Source: Mercenaria mercenaria
Taxonomy: Eukaryota
Assembly: GCF_021730395.1 (NCBI RefSeq)
Contig: NC_069369.1
Coordinates: 29,805,250 to 29,869,249 of the forward strand
Direction of reading: 5' to 3'
Length of the DNA: 64,000 nucleotides
The translations under genes were made by a program, and so were the position numbers. Below are positions 1-14,301 of this stretch, in pieces. Below the pieces are notes generated by a model that worked only from the letters and a program-made list of their open reading frames with translations, did not search any database and was not told the DNA's origin. Position 1 is the first letter of the stretch; each line of letters starts with the position of its first letter.

Positions 1-222
1 CCAACATCGTGACTTTGTGACCAGCATGGATCCAGACCAGCCTGTGCATCCGCGCAGTCTGGTCAGGATTCATGCTGTTCGCTTTCAAAGCCTATTGTAA
101 TTAGAGAAACTGTTAGCGAACAGCATTGATCCTGACCAGACTGCGCGAATGCACAGGCTGGTCTGGATCCATGCTGGTCGCAAAGTCACTATTTGGTTTT
201 CTCATGGCGCGGCTCAGATAAT
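1..222. mobile_element. Palindromic MITE family A copy (begins at or before the window edge)
   Basis: Near-perfect hairpin gaccagcatggatccagaccagcctg...caggctggtctggatccatgctggtc with terminal ...ttttctcatggcgcggctca. Same element as 17068, 22026, 33757, 51600 and 56208. Confidence 0.75.
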
Positions 223-2884
223 AACTTTGCTAAGATGTTGATACATTTTATTTGGGACCGAGAACACCTATTCCAAGTTGAGTTGTATCCAGTGTTAGTT
301 TGGAGTTCTTGAAGCAGTTAGATAAATTTTGTCTGGTGATATTTTGGAGTTTGAAAAATTGCTGACTATAAAAGCTTAGTGACATGGTTTGTTGGCAGTC
401 ATATAAAGGATAAATGCTGTCAGTAAAACCCATACTAAGCAAAGCAAAACTTGAGTCTGATATCGGTTTCCGAGACAGTGTGTATCCCTTACCCAGTCAT
501 CAACAAGCCATGTAACAATTTTATTTTGCTGACTACCCTTAACTTTAGAATTTGGTGAATTTATCAGGACTGGATATTACGTACAAAACCACAAATTCCA
601 TATTGGTGGATTAATAACACAGGAAGGAAAAGTTAGCATATGACGTCTTTGACCAATAGAAATGCTTGAAACTTGTAGGTGGCAGGATAATTGAGAAGGA
701 AGAAATTTTGAGAAACTTTTTGTGTTATAACTTATAAAGGAAGTTTATATAAATATTAGCAAGTTCTTCAAAAAAATAAAAGTTGTGTTCATTGATATAC
801 TTTTTTAATTTTTATATGATTATGTATATATGAAATAATGAGCTCTTCCAATCATGTGATGCTTCTGTACAGAATATTTGGGTATTTTTCTTGACAGACA
901 TACTTGAACATATTTTCATGTTACTGCGAATGGTTTAAAGAGGTATGCTTCCAGATTTTATGTCAAAATCTGTAAAGTTCTTTAATTAGTAATATTGGTT
1001 TTCTATGCTGTATTTATTTGTTGAAATTTCAGTGAAGATAGAAGAAAGGTGTATTTTATATCACACTCTTATCAACTGTAATACTTGTATGTGATTGTTG
1101 ATAGTTTTTTAGAAGTCGCTATTTTTATGAAAAATATCACATGATGCAAATCTGTGGAGGTATGCCTCTTTAAGTTGTATTTGCTACATCTTAAATTAGC
1201 TTTAAGGTGCTTTTCATCAAATACAATTACGAAGAATTCCGTCATTTTAGAAAACTCGAACATTTATAAGCTTTTGTGTAATGTACTGTTGAACAGTTAA
1301 TTCGGAATATCATATGAAACACTTGTATTTTTAATGACACTTAATTGTTTCCTTAAATATCCTGCTTTTTTTTTCCAGTAACATATTTAAAATTACTACC
1401 GGGCTTTTGCATCAGCTAGTGTCTCGGCATTCTGCAGATGTTGTAACACAAAACTGTCTTAGCATGTAAGGCATTTTAAATGCTAAAAAATGAATATCAA
1501 ACATCAGCATCATTAGGTGTTCATGGAATGCTTGAGAATGCCAACCTTGTTTGACCATGTTCATGTCGTTTCTTTCTGAATTTTCCATTATCGGGCCGCA
1601 TTATGTTTATGCTTTATCACTGAATGCCCATGCATACATGTTTGTAAAAAAATATTTTCTAATGACATTTGCTACTGCATGAAGCTATATAATATGCATA
1701 CATGTATTTTGTTCTCAAAAGATGTACTTGCATTAAAGTAAAATGTCAAGTAGATCTTTTCCAGCTGAAAGTGTAAAAATTTAAGTGTTAGTTGTAAGTT
1801 ATTGTATATGTGTCTACTTTAAAACATTAGACAAAGAGATAGAGGAAAACTACAGCTGACCCTGCTTCAACAGCCACCTGTATTAAACAGCCACTTGCTT
1901 TAGGCAGCCAGTCTGCTTACCTTACAAGCCTATGTTTTATTATTATTTCAACCTGTCTTAAGCAGCCGCCTGTATTTAAACTGCCACCTTGTGTTACATC
2001 TTTGACTGGCTGCTTCATAAAGGTTCGACTGTATATTCACATTTATGTAGACATGTAAACAATTCTTCTGATGCATATAAACGTATTCATGTATATGTAC
2101 ACATTTGTGTATCATCATATTTGATAACTACCTCAGTAGTAGAGTAGGAATGTTAGTATATATCAAAGTCACACTGAAGTGTTCTCTACATGTTGCAATT
2201 TAATAAACACACAATTTAGTTTACACCAGTTCATTTAATTACACTTTATATGTACAAGCAAATGTGCAACATGCGAACGTTTTTAACATCCTAAGAAGAA
2301 AATTATACTGATGTTACTATCATGATGAAGGGAAAACTGGTTGTCTGTCCACAGTTGATGAAAAAGTGAATATAAATACTCCAGTGTGACTGTGGTTTAT
2401 ATTAGCTCTAGTTAATATAGGATCTGATTGTAAGTTCATGACCGTTTCAGTGTACACATTTACAATATGTATCAGCTGTGTATTCCATTTTCCTGAAAGG
2501 CCATACTATTTAACTTTTTGGTTCATTCTTCAGTGCAGAACTAATTTTGTTAAGAAAAAGGTTCACCAAAAGAAACACCAATATTTTTTTTTACATAAAT
2601 TTGGTTGAAAGTGTTATATTTTTTCACATTGAATGCACTTTACTGCTACACAGTTTTTGCTTCGATTGCCCATGCTCAGTTTTAATGCCAATATTTCTGA
2701 GACAAGTGAGCTTGCATGTACTATTGTATGATATATAAGGTTCCAAAGGCATTCTTTGAGTGTCTAGACACGCATATTGTGTGCCATTGTCTCTATTTAT
2801 CATATATCAGTACATTGCAGATGTCTCCATTTTTAGCTCATCTGATGTTTTTTTAAAAAATGATTAGTTATTGTCATCACCTGA

Positions 2885-3250
2885 TCGGTGTTTGCGCCGG
2901 CGTCGACATTGCCTGGTTAAGTTTTATGTTTAGGTCATCTTTTCTCCTAAACTATCATAGCTATTGCTTTAGAACTTGCAACACTTGTTCACCATCAATA
3001 GCTGACCCTGTACATCAAGAAACATAACTCCATCCTGCTTTTTGCAAGAATTATGGCCCTTTGTGGACTCAGAAAATATCAGATTTCTTGGTTAAGTTTT
3101 ATGTTTAGGTCAACTTTTCTCCTAAACTATCAAAGCTATTGCTTTAAAACTTGCAACACTTGTTTACCATCATAATCTGACTCTGTACAGCAAGAAACAT
3201 AACTCCATCCAGCTTTTTGCAAGAATTATTGCCCCTTTTGGACTTAGAAA
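2885..3250. repeat. Tandem duplication, 2 x ~185 bp
   Basis: ggttaagttttatgtttaggtca.cttttctcctaaactatca.agctattgcttta.aacttgcaacacttgtt.accatca... occurs twice in tandem. Confidence 0.6.
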
Positions 3251-3707
3251 ATACCATAAAAACACACATGTAGGACAATATTTCTTACAGAGACAAAAAA
3301 ATCAGATGAGTGTCTGCACCCATGAGGCAGTGCTCATGTTAATCAAAAATTCACTTCTTTCTTCAGTTTTTTATAACATGTTTATATAGAAACCCATCAT
3401 GTTGCTTAACATACTAAGAAGTTAAAAGTATGGCCTTATCATATTATAAGCATGAAAATAGAATTAAAGTTAAGAGATTCATTTGGGCAGTATTATCTGT
3501 GTTGATTTTAGAAAAGTTTACTTATTTTAAGATGTATTGTTCAGTTTTCATGTGTCATAATCTTCTGTTGTATAATATTTTCAAAGGAATTATAGCATAT
3601 AAGTGCTGGCAGAAAGTACTTGTTTGTGTGTGTATGGCCCAGAAATGTTAGAGTCAGTCAGTTCTGACTAAAAACTTGTAATGTGATCAGTATATTTTTC
3701 AATTACA

Positions 3708-3925
3708 AATACTGTGAAATCATTTAATTTCGTGGGCATGAAATTTCGTGGTTTTGGTCAAAACGGCAATTTCGTGGGGATGTAAATTCGTGGATTTCAA
3801 CTTCTGGCCATAAAATGACTTGGAATTTTACGTGTTCGTTGGGGTTAAATTTTGTTAATTAATTCAACCACGAAATCCACGAAAATTAGTCCACCACGAA
3901 CATTAATGATTTCACAGTAGTTTTT
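3708..3925. mobile_element. MITE-like element with ~25-bp terminal inverted repeats
   Basis: Left end actgtgaaatcatttaatttcgtgg; right end ccacgaacattaatgatttcacagtag. Internal (a)atttcgtgg subrepeats. Confidence 0.5.
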
Positions 3926-5779
3926 TCTCCATAGGAATTTGTGTTGAAAGACTAGAATGACCACACATTAATGATTTTGGAAAATAAATCAGCTTAAGAT
4001 GTTGACATTTTTGCATTTTCCGCTCTTCTTTTTCATGGTCTAAATAATGTTACTTTAATAATTGTCTTTTTTTTTTTTCAACATTTTTTGGGGGTAATCA
4101 GTTTAAATACCATGGTGAAAATGATCCTCACTCACTTTCAGAGTGAACTTACGTTACGAGAAAGCTCTCATTATACTGACTTCTCTCTGAGAGAAGAAAA
4201 TAACTTTTGAAAAGATTTTAGAATATCAAATAATGCAAGTGTCCTTTTCAAACTTCCCGTAATTTTTTTCTTAGATGAATTTGCAGCTAGTGTACCATAA
4301 AAATTTGAATGTATTACGCATATTTTTTACTTTTTTTTTCGTTTTCACAAAGGGGTGCGTTTGATACACCAAAGTAGAGCTTTATACATTTTTTTCCGGT
4401 ATTGAACTTTTTTATTTATGATTTTCTATATACTGTTTATACTGCAAGGCATGTCAGTTAGGTGCATAACATTATTTTTGTTTAAGATGACCTGAGCTAA
4501 AAGCTGTGTAAATTTGTTTTGTTTCTTGTTTGCTTGATGTAAGTTGATTGTAAGGCAATATGGAGGGCATAACTGGAAACTTGTATAATGTAGCTTGTTG
4601 TTCTTTTATAGCTTCTCATTGACAGAATCCATGAAAAAATTAAATTTCTTCATTTGCTTAAAAATTGCTATAGAATATGTCTGACGTTTTGAAATAAAAA
4701 GACAATGTGGGCAAGGTTTTTCAAATGTTTGTAAAAACCCATGTATGTTGTGTTGTATTGTTCAACATTTCAAATGTGTAGATATTTCATTTGTTTTTAA
4801 CCAATGTCTTTTTGTACTTAAGAAGGCATCTAACAATACAAAATACATGTTTGACACATTTGAAAGAACTCTTTTTAGTCCAAAATGTGGGACTCTTAAT
4901 GCAGTGAGTTACATTTCCATGTTTAGCCCTCTATAAAGATTGTCGTTTAAACTTTTTCTTAAATTGACCTCATCTGCTCGCATAATGTGAACAGACTAAA
5001 GATTTGATGGAATCTTTTCTCTGATACAATCTTTACATACAAGTATGATCCTTTATTTTATTAATCAAAGTATTGAGGGTCAGTTTAGGAAGAATGTATA
5101 ATCGTTTTTCTATGTATTTTGCTTGTGATAACTAATAAAAGTTAAGAAATTTGGGCTTTCTATTTGAACCTTTAATTTTTATCCACTCTGGTAACGAGAA
5201 TCAAGGATTGTTAAAGCAAATGTCACTTGAAGTATCTTTAAAAGGCATATACAGGCAGATGCAACTTTCATATTGTCTGACCATCCATCCATTATTCAGT
5301 CCATATCTTCTAAACTGCTTGAGGATATTAGAAAATTCTTTTAAGGTGATGTGCAGTATCCATGGTGTACTTTGAATGTTCTGCCTTTGCTACAATTGTA
5401 GCTGTTCAGGTTAACATATTACTTCCATGCATAATTAGTCAGCCAATGAAAGCTGTTGATTCAAGTTACTGGTCCTGCTGCTTTTCCGTAAGTATAGACA
5501 GGACAAGGAACTCTGGTCTGACTGCACCTTCAGTCAGTGTTGAATGCACAGTAACACAACTTGACCATCACACACATTTCAACTGTTACAATTGTCAACG
5601 GCTTAAATCTCACCACAATCTTTCAACGGTGCCAGTCAAAGGTCAATGTCATATCTGAATGTCAAATGCCAGAACCATTGATTCATGCACAGTCTGTATC
5701 TTGTAAACAAGAGGGCCAAAATGGCCCTAGGTCACTCACCTGTGTAACACACCATAACAGTGTAAACATGTTTTACCTT

Positions 5780-7325
5780 GTGATTACATGAAGACAAATA
5801 TTCTGACAAATTTTCATTAAGATTTGACCAAAAAACATGGCATCTTGAGTGTAAACAAGCATTTTCTTTGATTTGACCTAGTGACCTAGTTTTTTACCAC
5901 ACATGACCCAGATTCGAACTTGTCCAAGACTTCATGATAAAAAACACTGACCAAAATTTATGAAGATAAAATAAAAAATGTGCCCCCTATGGTGTAAACA
6001 AACTAATTCTTTTGTTTGACCTGGTGACCTAGTTTTTGACCCCACATGACACAGATAAAAATTCATACCATATTTCATGCAGACAAACATTCTGACCAAA
6101 TTTCATGTACATCAAATGAAAAAGCGCATTAACACACTTTTCCTTTGATCTGACTGGGTGACCTAGTTTTTGACCCTATATGACCCAGTTTCAGACTTGG
6201 CCTAGGAACCATCGCGATAAACATTCTGACCAAGTTTTATGAAGATAGGATCATAAATGGGGCCTCTAGGTTGTTAAAAAGCTTTTCTTTTGATTCGACC
6301 TGATCACCTAGTTTTTGACCCGACATGACGTAGTTTCGATCCAGGCCTAGAGATTATCAAGATAATTATTCTGTGCAGGTTTGTATCAAATCAAAGTATA
6401 AATGAAACCTCTACATGGCTAAAATGGCCAAAATAGAAAATTTTGTCCCTTTCAGGAGCAGTTATTCTAGAATCCATGATGGAATCTAGCCGGTCTTCGA
6501 AAGGAACCAATATCTTATTGTAACTTAAGTTGTGTGAAAGTGTGGTTAAAATCAAATGTAAAATGTCACTTCTATTGTGTTCACAAGGTAAAAAAAATAC
6601 CTTTAATAATAAATTTTGGCTCTTTTAGAGGTCAATTAGGGGCCATAACTCCGGAACCTAAGATTGGATCTGACAGATTCATCATGGAATCAAAGATTTA
6701 TTGTTGTTGAAGACATTTTGCAAGTTTGTATCAAACCATAAATGAAGTCTCTATATGGCTGCGAAAGCCAAAATAGCAAATTTTGGCTATTTAAGGGGCA
6801 ATAACTCTGGGACCCATGATGGGATCTGGCCAGTTTTCGAAAAGAACCAAGATATTATGCCAATACAAGTTGTATGCAAATTTGATTAAAGTGGGTTGCA
6901 AAATGTGGTCTCTATCGTGTTCACAAGCCAAAAATAGCAAAATTTGGCCCTTTAAGGGGCCATAACTCTGGAACCCATGATGGAATCTGGCCAGTTTTCG
7001 AAAGGAGCCGAGATATAATGCCAGTGCAAGTTGTATGTAAGTTTTATTAAAGTTGATTGCAAAATGTGGTCTCTATCGTGTTCACAAGCCAAAAATGGCA
7101 AATTTTGACTAAGGCGCCATAACTCTGGAACCCATGATGGGATCTGGCCAGTTTACGAAAGGAACCGAGATATTATGCCCATACAAGTTGTGTGCAAGTT
7201 TGATTAAAATCAAATACAAAATGTGATCTCTATCGTGTTCACAGGGAAATTGTGGATGGACGGACGTGCGGACGGACGTATACGATCACAAAAGCTCGCC
7301 CTGTCAATACGTGACAGGTGAGCCA
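5780..7325 (+). mobile_element. Helentron-like satDNA carrier: two adjacent ~170-bp satellite arrays, (GGACG)n microsatellite and terminal hairpin
   Basis: Array 1 (5780-6410) has units ...tgacctagtttttgacc...; array 2 (6410-7250) has units ...ggccataactctggaacccatgatggaatctggcc.... Then ggacggacgtgcggacggacg and the palindrome gctcgccctgtcaatacgtgacaggtgagc (7255-7320). Same architecture as 52760-54520. Confidence 0.55.
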
Positions 7326-7859
7326 AAAACAAGGATAAATATCACTCTTAACCTGTAAATGATATGAAAATTAAGTTGAAATGCTATTCTACTTATCCAG
7401 ACCCAGTACAGAAGCTATGTTCGATTGTGTTTGAGACCTAGGAAATGATGGACCTATTTGGTAAATACAAATTCCTTAGTGGATATTTGCTTGCTTAATA
7501 TGCTTGATGCGCTTAAAAAGGGATAATACATGGTATATTTCTCACTGGATACTTTATCTAGGTGTATTTTCGAGATAATAAAATGCAACAGCATTCTATT
7601 ATTTGGTGAAAATAACAACAATAGAGAGCAATAGAACTGTCACACTGATGAATTAGAGAAGGCAACCAATTTCACAGTTTACACCGAACCCTGCTTATGA
7701 TCGGTTTCATAATCTATACAAATCGGGATATGACCAGTTAAGGTCCGCCAAAGTTAGACTAACTTGTACCATAATCGGCAAGGGTCACTGTCTACAATAC
7801 TTAACAAAAATACAAACTTGTAGTCATTACTTAGTTAGTTATTTGGGCTCAGATAAAAA

Positions 7860-9250
7860 AAAAGGGTGTGCCCCAGGGCTCTATATTAGGTCCCCTACTA
7901 TTCAATGTCTTCATCAACGACATTTTTAATTTCATTGATAGATATACACTGTACAATTATGCTGACGACAATACACTTTCTTTTAGCACCCCCAACTTTG
8001 ATCAGCTGATTCAGGTCCTGCAAAATGAAAGCAGAATACTTTTGTTCTCATCTAACTGTATGAAGGCTAACCCTGACAAGTTTCAGGCTGTGGCTGTTGG
8101 TAAGAAGACTCACAGTAGAAATCCAGATTTAGTATTGATAATTCACAGATTAGCTGTGATGACGTGATTAAGCTATTATGGGTTGATATTGATTTTAACT
8201 TGAGTTTTAATACCCATATACAAAATATATGCAAAAAGGCAGGCCAGCAGCTTAACATTCTGAAAAGAATAGGCAGAAATTTATGTAGACTCAATAGGCT
8301 AACCATTTTTCATTCTTTTGTTTTGTGTAATTTTAAATTATGTCCGTTAGCATGGCATTTTTGCACCAAAAAAAAAAAACTCTACTAAGGTAGAAAAGAT
8401 TCAGGAAAGGGCTTTCCGCTCTGTAATTGAGGATTTTACAAGCACATATCAACATCTGCTTGATAAAATCAAGTTACCATCTTTACACATCCAAAGAATC
8501 AGAATCATGGCCACTGAAACCTTCAGAATCTTAAACCAGTTAGCCCCTTCAGTTTTGTATGATCTTTTATGTAAGAGAAATGATTCTTATAAATTTAGAT
8601 ATACAAATATTTTACAGGTACCACATGTTAAAACAACTAGATTTGATAAGAACAGTTTAGATATGCTGCTCCAGTTCTGTGGAACTCGCTACCAGAGGAA
8701 TTTAAACTAACTAATAATTTCAATCAGTTTAAAAGATGATTTCTTTCTGGAATGGTAAAAACTGTAACTGTGTTGCATGCAACTTTGGGTAGTTAGCTCT
8801 GCAGATCTGGAAAGGCATGAATCTTTTTTTTTAGTCAATGCTATCCCTAGTTTTTCCACTTATATGCTTATAACTAATTTGCCTCTTGCTTTTGCTTTTG
8901 CTTAGTTTTTTATTCTTATGTGCTGTTTTTATTTGCTTACTATGCTTGTGTCTTAGTTATTGTTGTTTGCTTTGCTTTGTGAATGTGTTTTCCTTAGTTT
9001 TATCACCATGTGAGCTTTTAATTTTGTTTACTTTGCTAGCATCTTAGTTCTTGTGCTTTGATTAATTGTTTTATAGTTAATGATTATATTCTTAACTTGA
9101 TTATATGTCTTCCTTTGTAGCTGTCTTTATTCTGTTGCTTATGTACAGTGTGTTATTTGTAGTCGGTTAAAAAGATCTTATGAGCTTATGTTGTATTGTT
9201 GTAACCCCATGTCGACTTTAAATAAAGCTTACTTACTTACATACATACTA
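7860..9250 (+). mobile_element. 5'-truncated non-LTR retrotransposon (LINE): RT domain to ORF2 C-terminus plus 3' UTR
   Basis: Translation GVPQGSILGPLLFNVFINDI...YADDNTL (RT blocks) then LGVDIDFNLSFNTHIQNICKKAGQQLN. C-terminal block KVEKIQERAFRSVIED...LLDKIKLPSLHIQRIRIMATETFRILN is typical of invertebrate LINE ORF2 tails. The 3' end carries a (ttac)n/(atac)n tail near 9230-9250. Confidence 0.7.
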
Positions 9251-9719
9251 ATTACTACAGGGGCTCAGGCATTTTCAACCAAAGAAAGTTTGATACTGGC
9301 TCCTGTGATTCTATGTGCCGGGACATATTTTAAGGTCAGAGGTTGTAATTGAAAAAACGGCTTTGGATTGCTTAAAAACGTGTAAGGACCAATGAGACAT
9401 AAGATGATTGGATAAAAGGTAATGTTTACAATCATAAAATTTGTGTATATTGTTTCTTTTTCTTCCAGATAACTTCATGCCTCAAGACAAAGAGCTATAA
9501 AAATATTTTATACTTCTTTGCTCAAGACGAGTATTCTCAAAGTTCTTATTTTGTTTGAAATTTGGAAGATCAAGCTAGTGTTTGACTGAATGCATAACTT
9601 TTTAATGGTCTCTATAGAACAATAAGTGTCAGTGGGCATTTTGCCTCAAAATGTCATTTTACAAAGGAGACACCCTGGGTTTGTTTGAAGAAAAAAAGAT
9701 GTTAGAAATTGGATTGGAT

Positions 9720-10117
9720 AAGCCTTTAAGTGCTGTGTGGCGGCCGTAAAAAGTCGCCCCGACTTCATCTCAGTGTTGTTATATTTTCTGGTCCTTCGGG
9801 ATCATTGATTTCAACTCATTTAAATTTGAAGATTGAATACTGCTTAAGCCGGTGCTAGGGGGCGTGGGCAGTGTTGCGTTTTCCATTACTGCCCATGAAC
9901 AGACTCAATCAAACCGAGTCTGCAATTTTCACTAATTGTCTTGTTCTCGGTGCTTCCGAGGGATTTACTTTCCAGATTTTATTTATATAATTAGTATTTT
10001 TGTGTCTCAGGTGCTGTCTTTTGGGGAACGTGACAGGGTCATTTCTTAATGGAAGACAATGATAAAAACAATAGCAGTGCCTGCCCGAAAAGGAACGCAA
10101 ATACAACAACAACAAAC
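9720..10117 (+). promoter_or_regulatory. SMYD5: Candidate SMYD5 promoter / 5' UTR (CpG-rich island in an AT-rich background)
   Basis: Local CpG/GC enrichment (gtggcggccgtaaaaagtcgccccgac...gccggtgctagggggcgtgggcagtgttgcg) immediately upstream of the exon 1 ATG at 10118. Confidence 0.35.
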
Positions 10118-10171
10118 ATGGCTGCGCCCATGTGTTTCGACGTGGAAATCAAAACAACGGATGCTAAGAAG
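10118..10171 (+). CDS. SMYD5: SMYD5 exon 1 (coding part)
   Basis: ATG...MAAPMCFDVEIKTTDAKK, donor AAG|GTTAAG, phase 0. Joins in frame to GRGLFA... at 16224, giving the SMYD N-terminus VEIKTTDAKKGRGLFA (compare SMYD1 VEVFTAEGKGRGLKA). Confidence 0.7.
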
Positions 10172-11699
10172 GTTAAGAACCTGTATCCTAATCTTTTGTT
10201 TCATCTAAAGTTTTTTTGTTATGTTATTTTATAGATCTGTGATGTTTATTGGGAGTGACATCGTTTACTTAAGAGGATATTTAAATGTAATATGAATTCG
10301 CGATAATTATTAAGTTATACTTTAGTGTAGATTTTTATTGAGAAATGTTTGCTTATTGTTTGACTGTAATATGCAGATGAAACCAGGAAATTGCCGAAAA
10401 TATGATGAATGTGCTGCCTTTCCTCTGGAAAAAAAAGCTGGTATTGACTTAGTCTAAATAATGAGACCTCGGGCAGACCGATTTTACATTTTGATATTTT
10501 ACGTTGTCTACCTAGAGGTCTCAACCAGAAACAATCAAAACTGTGGTGGAAACTGTGGTCAATTTAAATTACGATTTATCAGTAGTCACGATTTTTCTTT
10601 AGCCCTAACTGCTTACCTGTTGTTCTAAATCATAAATAGTAACTAAAAAACATAAGAACAGGACATATTTATCAAGAATTTCTGTTGTAAAAAATTTAAA
10701 CCTCTAACGTTTCAATCGTCTTCATGTAATGGCGGTCGGAGGCGTGACCAATGAAAACGCTTCGTGTAGTAATGTGTTTACCGGTGATCGGCCATTTTCC
10801 AATATGTAGTACACTCGTGTTAAACCTTGGCATTTTTTTAACTGCCATAGTTTGAATTTTTCTCAAGAAATCTCGGTAATATATACATCATTGAAAAGGA
10901 AAAATTACAGGCTTTCTATGTATGTATTTCTTTTTCTTATCCATTGCATTATTGTAACATAATTCCCGCCCAACGGATTCCATTGGGTGTTACTTACGCA
11001 AAGAAGAGGACAGTGCTACCACATTCTTTACCTTTTCTGGTTTGTACTCGGAGGCGGATATCGACAAGTCAAAATAATATAACGATATTCAACTCTTGAG
11101 TACAATTATTTGGACTAGTATTGACTATGTCTCTGCCTCTCTTGGAAAGGGGTTCTTTTTTTTGTGTTTAATAGTGGAAGTGGCTTAACGACTGGTAACA
11201 GGACAGCAAGCCTGCATTGTAGCTGTCCTTGACCAGGATGCCTGGCCAATCCTATAAGGGTTTTCTAGGCATTCTTAAATAATTTTAGCTGTTGTATCTT
11301 TAGCTAAAGGGCTATGGAGTGTCCCCGGAAGACAAAAGGTACTCTAGTACTACCTAGACAAAAGGTAGGTAGTATCTTACTGTCGTGCTCAGACTTTACG
11401 TATGACTTCAGTTGAATTATGGTTCCTGTCTCCGAGAATTAATAGCAACCCTCTCATTGGGAAAATTCAGATGATGGTAGGGGTAATTCAGACAAGTAAA
11501 AAGCTATGTAAGAAAAATTTGGACAGCTGTTGGTTTTATGTAATACTGACAAAATTAAGTATACTCTATTAACTGATATTATTTAAAGATTTAATCAGAT
11601 CACTTTTAATGCGTCAATTCACTATAAGACTTGTGCCTTCAAAATCTTTAAATAGGTTAATTTATATCTAGTCATTTCAACATGTATCAAGTTTGAATT

Positions 11700-12320
11700 G
11701 AAATGTTTTAAATCTGTGCCTCCGAGGTATGGTCGCCCCACAACCAAACTCAAATTGACCAAATTGAAAGCGTCCAAAGGAGAGCCGCCCGTTGGATCAA
11801 AACTGACTACGGCCGTACTTCCAGTGTAACAGATATGCTACACTCCCTAAACCTTCATCGACTGGATTTAAGGCGTATAGATTCTAGGTTATCACTCTTC
11901 TATAAGATTCATCATGATCTGGTTGCTATGCCAATCGTAGATTACCTTACCCCAATGAGCCAATGTGTCCGCTATGGCCATTCCCTAAGTTATAGGTTAA
12001 TTACTGCAATCACTGACTATTACAAGTTTTCTTATTTTCTGAGAACAGTGTACTTTTGGAACCAACTTCCCCCCAGTGTCGCCCACCTCCCTACCCTAGA
12101 GCAGTTCAGTGCTGCAGTTTGCAGCCTTGAACACGCCTTGCCCTAGTTATCCTGCAAACTCAAGTTTTAACATTTTTATATCACCAAAGTTATTTTTTAG
12201 TTTCTTCCACTCTAAATTTTTATCACTATATTCTTTCTCTTTTTGATTTTGACGCGCAAAATGTCTACATTCCCGCAAGGGGTTTGACGTCTACGGAAGA
12301 TAGATAGATAGATAGATAGA
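11700..12320 (+). mobile_element. LINE ORF2 C-terminal fragment plus 3' UTR with (GATA)n tail
   Basis: IESVQRRAARWIKTDYGRTSSVTDMLHSLNLHRLDLRRIDSRLSLFYKIHHDLV, the same conserved LINE tail block as at 8400-8700. (gata)6 at 12296-12320. Confidence 0.6.
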
Positions 12321-12397
12321 TAGTTTATTGGAGCTTTATTGGTTTATTAGTATTTTTCTACTACTTTGATATTTTCCATTTCATCATTCCATATTAT

Positions 12398-13440
12398 TGT
12401 TGTACCCCCCGACAACAAAGTTGTAAGTGGGGGTATACTGGTTTCAGGTTGTCTGTCTGTCCGTCTGTCTGTCTGTCCGTCTGGCCGTCTGTCCGTAGAC
12501 GCAATCTTGTGCGCACCATCTCTCCTTATCCCCTTGACAGAATTTAATGAAACTTCACACAAGTGATCAGTACCAACAGTAGTTGTGCATGGGGCATGTT
12601 AGGTTCTTTTAGAAAAAAAATTGCAGAGTTATGGGACTTTGTTGTTTTGTTACTATACTATATACATAGACACAATCTTGTGCGCACCATCTCTCCTCAT
12701 CCCCTTGACACAATTTAATGAAACTTCACACAAGTGATCAGTACCAACAGTAGTTGTGCATGGGGCATGTTAGGTTCTTTTAGAAAAAAAATTTGCAGAG
12801 TTATGGGACTTTGTTTTTTTTGTTACTATACTATATACATAGACACAATCTTGTGCGCACCATCTCTCCTCATCCTCTTGACACAATTTAATGAAACTTC
12901 ACACAAGTGATCAGTAACAACAGTAGTTGTGCATGGGGCATGTTAGGTTCTTTCAGAAAAAAAATTGCAGAGTTATGGGACTTTGTTTTTTGTTACTGTA
13001 CTATATACATAGACACAATCTTGTGCGCACCATCTGTCCTCATCCCCTTGACACAATTTAATGAAACTTCACACAAGTGATCAGTAACAACAGTAGTTGT
13101 GCATGGGGCATGTTAGGTTCTTTCAGCGACAAAAATTGCAGAGTTATGGGACTTTGTTTCTTGTTAACATACTATGTACATACAGTCTGCATATGCAATA
13201 TTGTGCGTGCCTAATCTACCAAACCCTTACACACAATTTAATGAAACTTCACACAAGTGATCAGTACCAACCCTAGTTGTGCATGGTGCATGTTACATTC
13301 TTTTAGATAAATATTCTGCATAGTTATGGGACTTTGTTTTTTGTTACTATACTGTATACATACAGTCTATATACATACAGTCCACACAATTATGCAATCT
13401 TGTGTGCGTCAAATTGCAATGTACTGTGTCAGTGCATGCG
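12398..13440 (-). mobile_element. Helentron-like satDNA carrier in reverse orientation: hairpin, (GTCT/GTCC)n, ~170-bp satellite array
   Basis: gtacccccc gacaacaaagttgtaagtgggggtatac hairpin, then (gtctgtcc)n, then about 5 units ...acacaatcttgtgcgcaccatctctcctcatccccttgacacaatttaatgaaacttcacacaagtgatcag.... The reverse complement is the same family as 52200-52760. Confidence 0.55.
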
Positions 13441-14301
13441 GGGGGTACATTCATCACCTTTAGTGATAGCTCTAGTTGTTTTTCATGTTTGATCATTTTT
13501 ACCTGAAGATTTTAGTGCATTTTTATTTTCTCTTTTCTGTTCATTTTGTTACTTTTTCAGGTCATTTTAGAGTCTTTTTCCTTTATTTTAATCTTCTCAT
13601 TAATGATATCCTCACTTGTCAATAACTCATATGTTGTCACTGATTTTCACAGTTTGTTTATTTGTTTAGATTCATCCAAACATTTCTTCAATTTCATTGT
13701 TAACATTTTGCGGTTGAGCTAAGGGCTTGACAAGGTTGCACCCATTTTAGTCAATTAAAGGTTGACAGAGTTATTCGCCACTCTCTATTAGACTAAAGAG
13801 CTGTTCTGGATAGCTAATATCAAGAACAGAACGTGTCAAAGAAAGGCAGCTGTCTTGCGACACCACTGGCTCAAGTATTTCAGTGTCAGGCAAACCTTCA
13901 ACAATATATGTGACATCAGCGCATCAGATTATAATCAGGGTCCAAATTTAGACTAGCATACAAGCTAAATGCTAGTGGAATTTGAGAATAGCTAGTGGAC
14001 TTGGAATGTACTAGCTTATTTCAGCTAGTCAATAATGAACCAAGCAAATGTCTTCAAAGCTTGAATAAAGTTTGTTCTGCAGGTATACATTTTTCTGCAT
14101 GAAAGGAATGTTATCATTTATGTTTATAAATGATATTTCATTGTTCAACAAAACCCTGATATCAATGCATGATTGCAGCTTGCATCAAGTTAACATGGAA
14201 GTATTTGACTTCAGCTTGTAAGTGGATAAAAATGGCACTAGCTATTGCTTAAGCTAATAGATTTTTTTTGTGACTGGCTACTTAAAGAGTTAAGGTTTAG
14301 C

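Noticed and set aside
11835-12146. 103-aa ORF as a host gene
   Set aside because: It is the conserved C-terminal tail of a LINE ORF2 (IESVQRRAARW...SVTDML...RRIDSRLSLFYKI), followed by a (GATA)n LINE tail.
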